64,000 nt of DNA. Origin: Ophelia neglecta (taxonomy: Eukaryota). The translations under genes and the position numbers were made by a program. The notes beneath the pieces are model-generated. The model searched no databases, had not been told where the DNA came from, and saw only the letters and a program-made list of their open reading frames with translations. The stretch is from assembly GCA_965285935.1 (NCBI GenBank), contig OZ260664.1, forward strand, positions 48,856,001 through 48,920,000, read 5' to 3'. How positions within the stretch are numbered: the stretch's first letter is position 1; each line of letters starts with the position of its first letter. Of the stretch, positions 1 through 12,812 are shown piece by piece.

Positions 1-3000
1 AGAGACGCACCGTGCCGTTGAAGATCCTTCACTAAGGGCAGGCAGAAAGGAGAAAGTTTTGCCGCATGTATTATAGCAGTATTACCTTGGTCGTCTGCCA
101 AGTTTGGGTCAAAGGCGTCATTTTCGCTTTCATGGTCCAGAAGTATTTGAGCAGCTTCCGTATTTCCAGCTTTAATGGCAATCATAAGAGGAGTTAAACC
201 ATCACGGTTTCGTTCAGTCACATCCGCCTCGTTTGCAATTAGCAGTTCAACTACGTCACTTCCGGTATTCTGAGCAGCAAGCAACAGAGGAGTGTCGCCA
301 TCTTTGTTTTTTGCGTCTACTTCTGCTCCTGCCGTCAATAACATGTCTGCCTTGTTGTAACAGTCAAGCTTTGCGACTAGATGCAACGGCGTATTACCAT
401 GTTCGTCTTCCGCTTCCGCTAATGCACCCTTGGAAAGCAAGAATTTCATTACCTTAGTGTCGGGGTTGTCGACAGAGGCGTGTAGGGGGGTTTTGCCATG
501 TTTGTCGACTGTGTTAACCTTGGAGCCTTGCAAGACGAGAGATTCAACCACAGTGATCGGCGACAGAGGCGAAGCGATGTGCAAAGGCGTTTGGTTGTCC
601 AAATCAAGCCCATTGACATCCGCTTCGTTCATTATCAACACCTCTGCGATATCAAACTTTCTCTCCCCTATTGCCGTATGTAATGGAGAACGGCACTGTT
701 CATTGGGTGAACTGGGGTCGGCGTTTGCACCAAGAATAAATTCCACCAAATCCATGTTCCCCGAAAGAACAGCGTGGTAAAGAGGTGTTTGTCGATTACT
801 GTCGCCCAATTGGACGTTCGAACCATTTTCAACTAGGAGAGACGCAGCATTGCGTTGGCCGGCAGCGCATGCGTAGTGTAGGGGGGTCATGGAGGACACA
901 TCTAGCAAGTTGACAGCCGCCCCTTTTGTTAGGACAGATTTCATTGCCGTGCACCACCCGAAGTGAGACAGATAATGGAGGACACCTACTCCCTTTTGAT
1001 CGAGACCATCAAAGGTTGTCTGGTTTCCTTTCTCTGCTAGATGATGGACAATGTTCTTCGGGGTAGTTAAATCCATTTCTGAGTGCTCATAGGCGTGAGC
1101 TAGACAACTGTGTAAAGCTGTTCGACCATTTTTATCTCTTAAATCACAATCAGCACCGTTTGCCAGTAATAAACTGACAATTTCCACAGTGCTTTCGGTA
1201 GTACAAATATGCAATGGTGTTTCGTTTTGATTATTCATCTCGTTGATTACAGCTCCTTGCGTCAGCAACTGTTGAAAAATATGAGGTATTAGACAAGTCC
1301 TGCAAGCGGTATGGAGGGCAGTGTCCCCAGATTGGTCGCACATCGTCACCGAAATACCTAGATCAAGGAAACACTGCACTATGTCCCATTTGCCGTGTTG
1401 TAAAGCAACATGGAGGCACGTTTTGCCAGAACCATCTACCCTGTTTAATTCTGCTTTGTTCTCTATAAGATACCGCACAGTCTCCAAGTCACCCATAAGC
1501 GCGAAATCGTGTAATGAAAAAATATGTTCTCTTTCTTCGTATAAAGCACCATGTGATAGTAAATATGGAAGCACTGTAGACCGTTTTAAAATTGCTGCTC
1601 TTGTGGCTGGGAGTAGTCCGTCCGGTCCACGTATGTTGACATCACTTCCGCCCTCTACTAAGGATTCTACTACACCAATATGGCCAATTTCTATAGCAAG
1701 AAGAAGGGCTGTTTTCTTAGAGTTATCTACTGCTTTCAAATTCACATTCAAAACTCGCAGCACAAGATGGCACGTTAATTGAAAATGCTTGTTAAGCAAA
1801 GAAACATGAACAATAGTTTGTCCCTTTCGGTTGACTAAATCAGTTTGAGCACCGCGTGCAAGTAGGAAATCCACTTTCGTTTGGTCCCCTGAGCGACAAG
1901 CACAAAACAAAGGCGTCTCCCGTATTTTATTGCAGCTATCAACGTCAGCTCCTTGGTTCAAAATAGCTTCGCAGGAACTAATAGTAATGTTTTTATTTTC
2001 CATGAACATATGCAAGGGGGTGTTGCCCTCACTGTCAATGGCCTTTGCAGAAGAAGTGTATTCCAGAAGTAGCTGCACTATTTCCGCACCCTCGGCGTAG
2101 AAGAGAGGGGTTCTCTCCAATTGGTCGACGATGGTCACGGACGCCCCATGACGTAGTATGTTATAAACAAAGCCCTGATTGTTGTAGATGGTAGCTACAT
2201 GGAGCACCGTGTGTCCGCTTTTATTTCTTATATTAGGGTTTGCTCTGTGGCGTAGCAGCGCCTTCAAAGAGGAGTCTATAGTAGTATTAGTTGTGTCTGG
2301 ATGTACATTACCATTTGTCACCTCGAAATATTCGTCTCCTTCCGAATCAATTTCAATGGTTGGTTGCTTCTCTGAGTTATAAAAAACAAATTTTAATTAT
2401 AACAAATAATATTACTTTAAGCAATTGGGGTTGTAATGCATATTTGTCATAAGGACTATGAAACTCACCGAACGGCATCATGACATGTCGTGCCAGGATA
2501 TGTAGGGCTGTGTTTCCATCTTTGTCTTCGCTGTATACTTTGGCACCGTTACACATCAGTAACTCTGCCACTTGGGAGTGCCCCTGAATCTGGGATAGGT
2601 GTAAGGGAGTGCGAACCTGGGCATCGACAGCATCTACAGTGACTCCTCGCTTAAGAAGAAACTGGACTATCTTATGATGGCCGGCTTCGCTTGCGTAGTG
2701 GAGAGGTGTTCGTCCGTTGACGTCAGCACCATCAGCTGAACATCCTTTGACAACGAGTATTTTGGCGATGTCCGCCTCGCCGGATATGGCAGCATGGTGC
2801 ATTGGGCTCCTTTTCTCACTATCCAAGGCATTCACGCAAGCGCCATTCGCTGCCAGAAAACTAACGGCAGATGCTTTCCCTGCATGAGAGGCGACGTGCA
2901 GCGGCGAATATCCATTTGATTTAAGCGGTATATCAATGTTGATGCCAGGGCTTGAACCTAGAAGTAAACTGAGTATACAGCTTGACTCGAGCAGGGCCGC

Positions 3001-3219
3001 TCTGTGAATGGCGGTCAGAGATATCCCGTTGAGTTCATGATCGTCTGGTAGTGGTTCTATCTCAATCTCTTGACTACAGAGCTCCTTTGTGTGAATGCCA
3101 TCTTCTCTGAACTCTTTAAGTAGTTCCCGGATGTTGTCCTCGTTATTTTCTATGATGTCTTCGTGAAGCTGGAGAAAGTCCTCCGGAGTGATATCGCCTT
3201 CCGTTTCAAGCTCCGCCAT
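1..3219 (-). CDS. Long ankyrin-repeat protein (about 29 repeats inside the window, >1050 aa), 3' end outside the window
   Basis: ORF 3219-2377 has an acidic N-terminus and then ANK repeats (GYSPLHVASHAG, GRTPLHYASEAGH, GNTALHILA). A second frame (+1) is open from ~2396 to position 1 and holds about 22 more repeats (GHTVLHVA, GKTCLHVA, GDTALHTA, MTPLHYAC, GNTPLHLVA, GLTPLMIA). The ORF track misses it because it has no stop in the window. A splice acceptor (ctcccacag) opens the exon at 3251, and an in-frame TAG upstream supports ATG 3219 as the start. Confidence 0.9.
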
Positions 3220-6200
3220 CTCAATACCGTCTGATCGACCGGTTAGCTAGTCTGTGGGAGAAAAACACTTCATATTTTTATCTTAGAATGTGTAGTCTGG
3301 CACAGAGACCGCGTCGGTAAAATGTACGTAAAAAAACGACGCATCTCAAACTAACCCGGGGTTTCTTAGATCGTTTATCTGATCGAAACAGTAAAAAAAC
3401 AGCATCTGGTGTTTGTGAATCATACGATCTGGCTAGAGTTTCTCTAGTGAAGTAAAGATAGGATATGAACAACACTTGGCTTGCGGGTAGCCCATTCTGT
3501 GAGCTAGGGGGGGGGGGGGGGGGCACGTGATCGGCAAAAGCTTGACAAAGGTCAGCTAACATCAAAAATATATTAAGAGCTGTTCACAAAATCAATGACC
3601 CGAGTCAGAGCTAACTACCCCAGGCACTTCACAAATCTGAGTGGTTTAACTTATCCGATTCACATAAAACCCATTATTATCATTATATATGCGGTCCGTG
3701 TGAGGATTTATTTGCAATGAAGGCTCTAAGCCTTTCTCTAACCTAATATGTGTGTGTGTCATACTACCCCAACAAATCCGAGCGCCATACTAATTGGACT
3801 CGGAACACGAATGTCTACCTGCTATCTTTTAATCACTATACCTGGGCAGGTAGAAATTGGATTAACCAGATATTTGATCCCCTGGGCACGCCTATCCTTG
3901 GTGATGGATTAGTTGAAAGTGTTGGTACAAGAATTAATCACCACGTGGTTTGTTAATGAAGCCGTCTGTTCAAACATAACACAATACCCGCATATCAATG
4001 ATTGTATGAGACGAGATGTTATGTCCCGAGGTCTAGGGGTTGAAATGTCGCCGATTGCTTTGAATTTGAGCATTAACATATTTTGACATAAAGTAAAGTA
4101 CTCTCGTGAAGACGATGACGTTATGTTTGCCAAGAATTTCATCAAGTTGTCACTTTGTTTGCCTTTCGGTCGATGTATCTAGCACACAAAACATTCAATG
4201 AACATAAAACACACACAAAAATCACAACCTGAAGAACAATAAAAACACGTCTAACGGCTTTTATATAACGTGCTTAACAAACAACTCAGTGCGAGGCCAA
4301 ATCCTTATCTCTAACGTCTGGCTAAAACTGTTAACCCGAGCCGACTCGATCTTAAATCAGCTGATATAAATCTAAATGCTACTTGTTTATTTTAAAAAGC
4401 ACTTGCTACTTTAAATCATTAGCGGGCACAGCTTTGAGTGCTGTACTCCAAAATCAAACGAATTAATTGCTCTCTACAGTAATCGACTTGAAAACGAATG
4501 ACATCTTGTCTCTGGGTGACTTACTTATAAGTGTGGTAATGAATCGTACTTGATGTTCGACCCACAGTGTTATAAGTGTCTCTTATATCACTGTCTTCTA
4601 TATCACTTGAGTTTCAACACACACAGAAGAGCATCACCTCATCACCGCCTGGACTGTATTAATGTATCATGGAAGCGGCTACATCGGTGAAATGGCAGTT
4701 TATAGTTCCTGTATGCAGAGGAATACAGTTTATGATAAATAACACATGAACCAGGCGTTAAAATAAGTCGCTTCCGTGAAACCGTTCTCTTCGACCCCTG
4801 ACGGGATTTATATGACTCACCGACGCACAGTCGGGCGCATTTATATATGCCGATGGAAATAATGAAGATCACTCCGCCATATGTTTTTCCTCGGGCGAAT
4901 ACTCCTAGCAGGTGGTAACAGATCGGAAGCAAAATATACTAAGGCCTTGAAGATAAAAAACACTTATGTTGAGTTCAGCTTATTATAAACTAGAATACAG
5001 TTTGCAGTGCTGATCAACACAACTTAAACCCAATTAATAGAGTTAATTAGTCACATGTGACCATGCAGTATCACTTATTCATCATTTTGTTTGATAACGT
5101 GGCAGGAAACTTAATGTTAGACTCGAATAAATATTTCCAGTCTCGTCTGCAAAAAGCTCAGATGATGGCCTATACCGAAATAGACCCAGGCATATAGCTG
5201 ATAATCCAATCAAGTCGTGTTGGATCATGCTGGGTGCTAATCTTGTAGATAGTATTATCCTGAACTTCTAATATTCATAATTCGTCTCTATAGCCATTGG
5301 AACATTTACCACCAAATGTCGCTCCTTTCTAAATGTTTTATGCTACATCCGTTTCTCAGTGAGTATTAAGCACTTAAGTAAATAAAGGAGAAGCTATAGC
5401 GCTCTCGAAATTTGAAGCAGATCTCACTTGATATAATATGAATATCAACCAAAAAGATTCGTTTTTATTCCAATTTTTACATAAGATAGCCTCCACGAGT
5501 GATTGATCTCAAAGTTGGGAACGTGCATGGGATGTTTCTGGAAGCTTCTAAATCTGGTATCTGTGAATATCAAACTCGTTTTGTCTACCATTACCAATGA
5601 CTAACAAATAATAACAAGACATTGCAAAATATTGGCACGCTATGAGATGAATAAAGCACGCTGGTAAACAAAGGATTAAGCTTAAATAAATATATAAATC
5701 CCTTATAGAGGTTGACTTTTGAAGGTATAAAGGGTATAAACACTCTACAGATATATCATACCAAGTGAAGCTTTGTGAAGTATGGGGGCAAACAAACATC
5801 AGGGTCAAATGTACATGTTAGGTCTCGAAATAATTTCAATTTTCTGTGACCTCACAATACATGTTAATTTTACACAGGTTTGCCTCGCAGAAAGCAATAA
5901 GAGGGAGGCACTCATAACCCATATTTTTTACCAGTTCTTCGTTCTCATTGGAAACTAATGAAAGTAAATGAATTATTGCAACACTAACCAGTATAAGTTC
6001 GAAGTAATCAAAGCATAGTCGACTAAACACATTTAACATGTACAGCACTTATCGAACTCTATATGCAATATAAATATGATGGTGTACATCGCACTATATC
6101 TCAATCCAAAGCACACAGTGCAGTCTTTTTCCTAAATCAAAGACGCAAACATGTGGGCTGTATAGTACTAAAATGAAAATATGACAGTTGAAACTGAATT

Positions 6201-9200
6201 ATAATTTCATACAATCAAAGGCTTTTGGTCACTTCGATTTTAGCCACCATAACCCCTCTAAGATGCATATGTATGAAACCCGATCTAGGTAAAAAGTTTA
6301 ATAGTATATATAAAACCTTATTATTGGCTGGCGCAGTTTGACGGCCTTCCGAAAGTTCAGAATATACATGTGATTGATAGCTTTATATCCAGATGGGCTG
6401 GCAATCTCACAACCGAAGACCAAAGCTCAAACTACTTTCTTCCCTATGTCATGTAGCATTAAAGAAATATTCTTCCAACCAAGATTTGATATGTATTAAA
6501 TAACCATATACATGCATGCATGCAATGTTGTTATCGACGCAATATATACCTACTACATCTTTATACACATGCACTGTATATTTATTGTCTGTTATACGCC
6601 CAAAAAGATTTGTTCAATTATGATATTGTGATTTGTTCCGGCTGGTTTACTGACTACAACAATTCAATATAGCCATTATCCACCATTTCGTGCTCTGCAT
6701 TCTGGCAAGGTATCGATTAGGTCTATAGAGTTTTACCGTAATTAGGCACATAACTCTATCTTAACGAGGTGATTTTGGTCGTAAGTCACCACAACTCGGC
6801 CTTAGTCTTTATAAATAAACCAACCATTCAGCGATTCACCAGGTGACCATACTTTTTATAATGTTTCTATGTTTAGGTTTTTACGGAAGTTAAAACAGTC
6901 AGTCGAGACGATATACAAGTTACACTGATGATAGTAGAATACTAAACATGGTTAATACTGTGTAGCATAGCGGATGTTTGATAACTACACAGCATTCGGA
7001 AATGTTTAAGGGTACACCATTGAGATCATTGCCCATAATGATAATACTAAATGAGGAAAAAACTAAAAATTTGAATGCTATCTACGTGTACATATAAATT
7101 ATGTTCAAATATCATGTAGGCCTACACTGGAAGGACATTTCACCCTTGTCAAAAATTCAGGCCTACTTTAGAAGTACTTGAATCAGGCGAAGCACGAAGC
7201 AGTCTGTAATAATAACACATAATGATATGGCCCGAACAGATAAGTTTTCACTTATACATATTGACAATGTAAATGTCACATGCGATGGTGCAACAATGTT
7301 CAGGGCTAGAGCAAATATTTACATTACTTAAAACCTATCTCAATAATACCAGGCCATCTGACCATATTACAGGGACCTTTATGACTAATGACCCACTTTA
7401 TATAATTAGTTGTTATAATCATAAGTTCATAAGGTGAATAAAAATGCCTTTATCGCATTTAATGCTATATATTTCACAAGTTCGTGTGATAAATATAGCA
7501 GGAAACTTCTGAAAGTTGCCATTAAACATTGCTCACCAGGTAGCTAGCAGCTGTATGTACATTACCTGGTGGCTGTCGTGTCATCGACGAGTAACAGGTT
7601 GCACTTCGCTAAATTGAACGAATGTTAGCCATATATTCATAGCTTAATCGTTACCTAGGCCAGGAAAGCAATACTTATTTGCCCTGTCTTACAACTATAG
7701 TATAAGGTTAGGCTGCTGTGATATGCAAGTCCGATGGTTAAATTATCGCTCATAAATATACCAGCTATAGGGTTGAACCACCCCAGTATTGAATTGAGAC
7801 ACTTACCATTGTTTCATACAGATAATTGTCTACAAGACAGGCTTTCCTTCAATGTATGTACAGCGAAATAAACTATAATGTTATATTACAACTTGGCTAG
7901 TCGTGTAGTGGAAGTTAGTAGAGTTGAAGAATTGTGCTGTAATTATAGACGTTCTCTCCCGAGTAAGGTTGTCGATCATATCACCGGAGTAAATGGGATA
8001 TCGGGAGAAAATCACACACTTGTGATAACACTCCACCGCTGTGGGCCTCACGCACGACTACTGCTCACTACAGCGTGTGCCAAAACCACCTCGATGAATA
8101 ACATGGCTAAGAGGTCGATGACTGCTGGGCATATAGTTCAAGAGGAGATTGTTTTTCTAGTAATATACCCTCCGATTAAACTACCAGGGGACGGCACAAA
8201 CACTTTCTTACTTTTACAAATATGTGTTTGTGCCAAGGTAGGTATAGAGCATATATTTTCAAACTTCTTTCACTAAGATTGACAGCGTTTCCAGGAATTA
8301 ATACAGTTAAATCATAACATCAAAATTTAATACCGATGTGAATATCGACAAACAATTTCATGGGATTTTCCGATACAAAAAAATTCATAATAAGATACCC
8401 AGTTAAACTTTTACTGTTTACATTTTATGATTACTTTTAAATATTTACATTCAATGTAAGTACTAATATAGAAAGCGAGGAGAGCTAAGTAGCTAACTTA
8501 CTTTGTTCGTCAATTTTTCTACTAAGGCCACTTCACCGTGCCAAATAAAATTACAGGATTGTGTTAACGTACGTTTCGGACGCCCTGCACCTTATTTTAA
8601 CACCTCCTTGCCACGACGTCCTGACCACCGAGCCACAACAAATATTAGTCACATTTGTTTTTCTGACAAGATCGATGGGCCATTACCACTTCATATGGTT
8701 CTCGTCCATATGATACCGTGCCCTTCGAAATGAACATCATTCGACCTAGTAACAAAGGGTGTTTGTTGAGGATTTTAAGGCAGTCAATAGCGTGTTTTTC
8801 ACACTGTTGAACACTGACGACTGTTGTCATCGCTGGGCTATCATCATATGGATTCTGTTGTGCCTGTAAATTACCATGCATGGCCAAGTCATTTTAGAAT
8901 ACCTGAGTTTTAACTACAGTATGTGACAATTGAACAGTCGTTTTATATAAATCCACCTATCAAAGAAATGGGTTCAAGTTGGGTCGCGACTCGTCACAGT
9001 ATTTATCTGAAGCGGTTAAAAGCATTGAAAGACAGGCTTAACGTTTTAATGTTCGAGCCTTTATTGTTTAGTGCACTTAATAATAGCCCGCTGTCCTTAT
9101 ACATTTACAATAGCCATGACAAAGGGTTCCCTCATAAGGTTTTCACCTGATGCATCCCACGCTCTGCTAAATAACTTAACTGTATATATACAAATAGAGT

Positions 9201-11816
9201 AACTAAAGCGAATATAACCATATTAAGTTTTAATTGAGAAACCACGAATTGTGGAAACCACGTGTTAACGGAGTAGTTCTGAAATAGGAAATGCCATAAA
9301 TTCTGTCCACGCCTTTGCATGACTTATAACACAGGACTACTTGTGCTTTAGACCACTGCTGATAACAAAATACCGACACTTGGTAAACTTGATTTATTTA
9401 ACATTAGGTCCAGTCATTTATAAGTTTATATCTATCTATAAATAACCAACAATAATATTTTTCGCATTACCTCAAACATCAAACTTGATTCCTATATGAT
9501 ATTCTCCGTCTATGTACAACGAATCACTAATGTTGGAGATAAGTCTACACCTTTTTGTATTCTTTTTAGTTGAGGTGTAATATTTTAACATTTAACTTGT
9601 GGTCGGTAATCTCTAGACTTTGTTGCAGTAACCTGGTCAATGGCAGGAAACAGACGACTCCAATTTGGTGTCAATAGCAGCATCTCTTCCCATTTAAGTT
9701 TGCTAATTAAACGAAATAACTGAGACATCACCAACTTAATACAGCCAACGCCGACAGTGGTTTATAAACCTTGATTGCCTGATTAATAATCCCGTCCTAA
9801 TCCGGGTTTCGTGATCAGTAATACACAAATGAAGATTGAATTTTATCGCTTTAATGAGTATTCTTGTACAGAGCAATAATTTAGTTGATTTGTGTTGGTT
9901 TACTATGCCAAGAGTAGTAACACTCTAAAGAAATGTACTTCGTATAATGTTACGAAAATTACACAGCTATAAGATAGTGGGTCCTCGAGAGATTTTCGGT
10001 CTTAGTATCGAATACTACTTACTTGAGACAGCACACCTGTATGTACAAAAGTGTTAGCGAGATATGATGGTATTTGTCGTAGTGGATAAGACGCCTGAGA
10101 GTACATTTAAACCATCATAATCAATTAATATTTTTCGTATGTACAGCACCCTTTGCTTAATTGTATTTTGATTGCTTAAATTCCCAGGCATTTAACATTA
10201 CAACAACGGCTATAGATTAAAATGTTAATATCTCGCCCCACGGAAGAGAGTATATGCCAAGATATTCTACGGAAGCACCTAACATTAATTAGAGTCGGCA
10301 TATATAGCAATATACATGCTGTGGCCGATCTATACGAGAATATAAATAGTTCCCATCCTGCTAGAGATAGTCTGAACGGCATTTGAACCATATCACATTA
10401 TCTCCATTATTCTGCATCACGTTTCAATTGGAATATGATCAATGAGATAGAATTGTTGCCTGCCAGACATCGGATACTGAATAGCAATCCGGAATATTGA
10501 ACAACCAATCTAAATATTGCCCAGGCAATCAGACGACACTGAACGATATGTACGCCCTTTGTACTGATGAGATCGATCATGAACGCATGCTCTTCAATGC
10601 CTTGAGTGTGCCTGTAAAAACACAAATTGCCCGCTTATGGGTATCAGAAAATGGAAATGTGGCCTATTGTAAAGAACTATATAATCGTGTTCGGTAAAAT
10701 GATTTCCAAAATAACTTTTGTTGTAGCAATGATAACTTGATCAGAGTAAACTTGGCGGGCTCTGAATATGCCTACAAGAATATTTCAATTAATAGGTTAA
10801 CCCCTTACTTGCCCATAATATAAAGAATACCATATAGTCTATTTTGAACTTTAACTATATGAAAAAACAATGCACCTAAGCTTTTTCATGTGTCAATAGT
10901 TGGTTTGAAGTCACCAGCGGGAGGTAAATATGTATTGACAATGCCACTCATACTATATTCATATTGCACCACAATAGCAAAATTTCAGACGCATAACAAT
11001 AAATAATAGTTATAATGTTGATTTAATATGAAAAGATGTTATCAGGTATTGGGAAATAATCAAAGAGTCAACTAATCGTGTTCCCTCCGAAACACGAACT
11101 CGATGTGTTAGTTATTACCGGAGACTCTTTTTTCTTTTTGGAAATGCGTGGGCTTATATCTTACAACTGGAAACCGGAATATGAGGTGCTTATTATAATT
11201 ATTAAGCGTATATCCGCACTTGATATCGCACATTTATGCAAAATATCTATCTATAAATTGGTTGTACGTGCAGTAACGTGTTTTTTATACACGTATTTAC
11301 CTTTGAAAAACCACAATGAGGTTTGTACCATTTTGCCCGAGTGTTTGTGGAGTGAATACTGAACCCAAACCCACCACCTATCTTTTAAACTTGTTAATCA
11401 CTCTCTGAACTGATAAATTATATCACCCTCGATTGTTTCGCTTGGGGTTCTTTTATCATACGTCCTGTTGTTTATGTTTGACTAGACCCCCATACTTGAG
11501 TCAGATCTTGACTGTGTCGGCACTTAAAAACGCCATCGAAAGCGGGGTTACTTAAATTTATCATTGGATGCCGTCATAAATGAAAACAAAATCAATAGTA
11601 ATAGGTAAATTAACTTGTCAGTATTATAGGCATTAAATACAAATTGTGACAAACACGTGCAAGTACTTCTCAACAGCTATCAGTGCTTTAATCTATGGAA
11701 CGTTACGGTTATCTCTGGGAGTAAGATCACTTTAACTATCACTCAGGAGTTTATAAATTATCAAGAACTTGTTTGGTCTGTGTATGAATGGCGCATGAGC
11801 TAGATGAATAATAGAC

Positions 11817-12812
11817 TTGTCTCTTGAGTTTGTACCCCAGCAGCCAGGGGCTTTGTCATGTCCATTCACTCTGTACCACAGCAGCCAAGGGTATTGTCAT
11901 GTCTATTCATTCTGTACCGCAGCAGCCAGGGGCAGTGTCATGTCCATCCAATCTGTACCCCAACAGCCAAGGGCATTGACATGTCAACTTATTCTGTACC
12001 CCAGCAGCCAGGGACATTGTCATGTCAACTTATTCTGTACCCCAGAAGCGAGGGACATTGTCATGTCAACTTATTCTGTACCCTAGCAGCCAGGGCATTG
12101 TCATGTCAACTTATTCTGTACCCCAGCAGCCAGGGACATTGTCATGTCCACTTACTCTGTACCCCAGCAGCCAGGGCATTGTCATGTCAAATTATTCTGT
12201 ACCCCAGACAGCCAGGGACATTGTCATTTCAACTTATTCTGTACCCCAGCAGCCAGGGCATTGTCATGTCAAATTATTCTGTACCCCAGCAGCCAGGGAC
12301 ATTGTCATGTCCACTTATTCTGTACCCTAGACAGCCAGGGACATTGTCATATCCATCTATTCTGTACCCCAGACAACCAGGGATAGTGTCATATCCATCT
12401 ACTCTAAACCCCAGACAGCCAGTGGCAATGTCATGTCCCTCTACTCTGTACCCCAGACAGCCAGGGACAGTGTCATATCCATCTTCTCTGTACCCCAGAC
12501 AGCCAGGGGCAATGTCATGTCCCTCTACTCTGTACCCCAGACAGCTAGGGACAGTGTCATATCCATCTTCTCTGTACCCCAGACAGCCAGGGGCAATGTC
12601 ATGTCCCTCTACTCTGTACCCCAGACAGCCAGGGACAGTGTCATATCCCTCGAATTTGTACCTAGCAGGTAGGTACTTGGCTATGCCCCACGACTCGCCC
12701 CGGTACGCAGTGAGATGGACCAGTCCCTCGCCTCTATACCACAGCTGGTAGGGACATTTTTATGTCCCTCGAGTCGGTACACCCTAGCAGCAAGGGACAT
12801 TTCATGTCCCTC
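11817..12812. repeat. Minisatellite, 40-42 bp unit (TGTCATGTCAACTTATTCTGTACCCCAGCAGCCAGGGACAT), about 20 copies plus degenerate flanking copies
   Basis: Directly visible tandem repeat. It accounts for the overlapping repetitive ORFs at 11817-12751. Confidence 0.95.

Noticed and set aside
233-2382. Plus-strand ORFs over the ankyrin gene
   Set aside because: Antisense shadows of the long minus-strand CDS.
7878-8276. 132-aa plus-strand ORF with a nearby GTAGGT donor
   Set aside because: No recognisable domain or partner exons. It could be a non-coding exon, but I cannot support that.
11817-12751. 297-aa and other repetitive ORFs; superficial CRISPR-like look
   Set aside because: These are translation products of a tandem minisatellite that is open in several frames. 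There are no unique spacers and no cas genes, and the context is eukaryotic.
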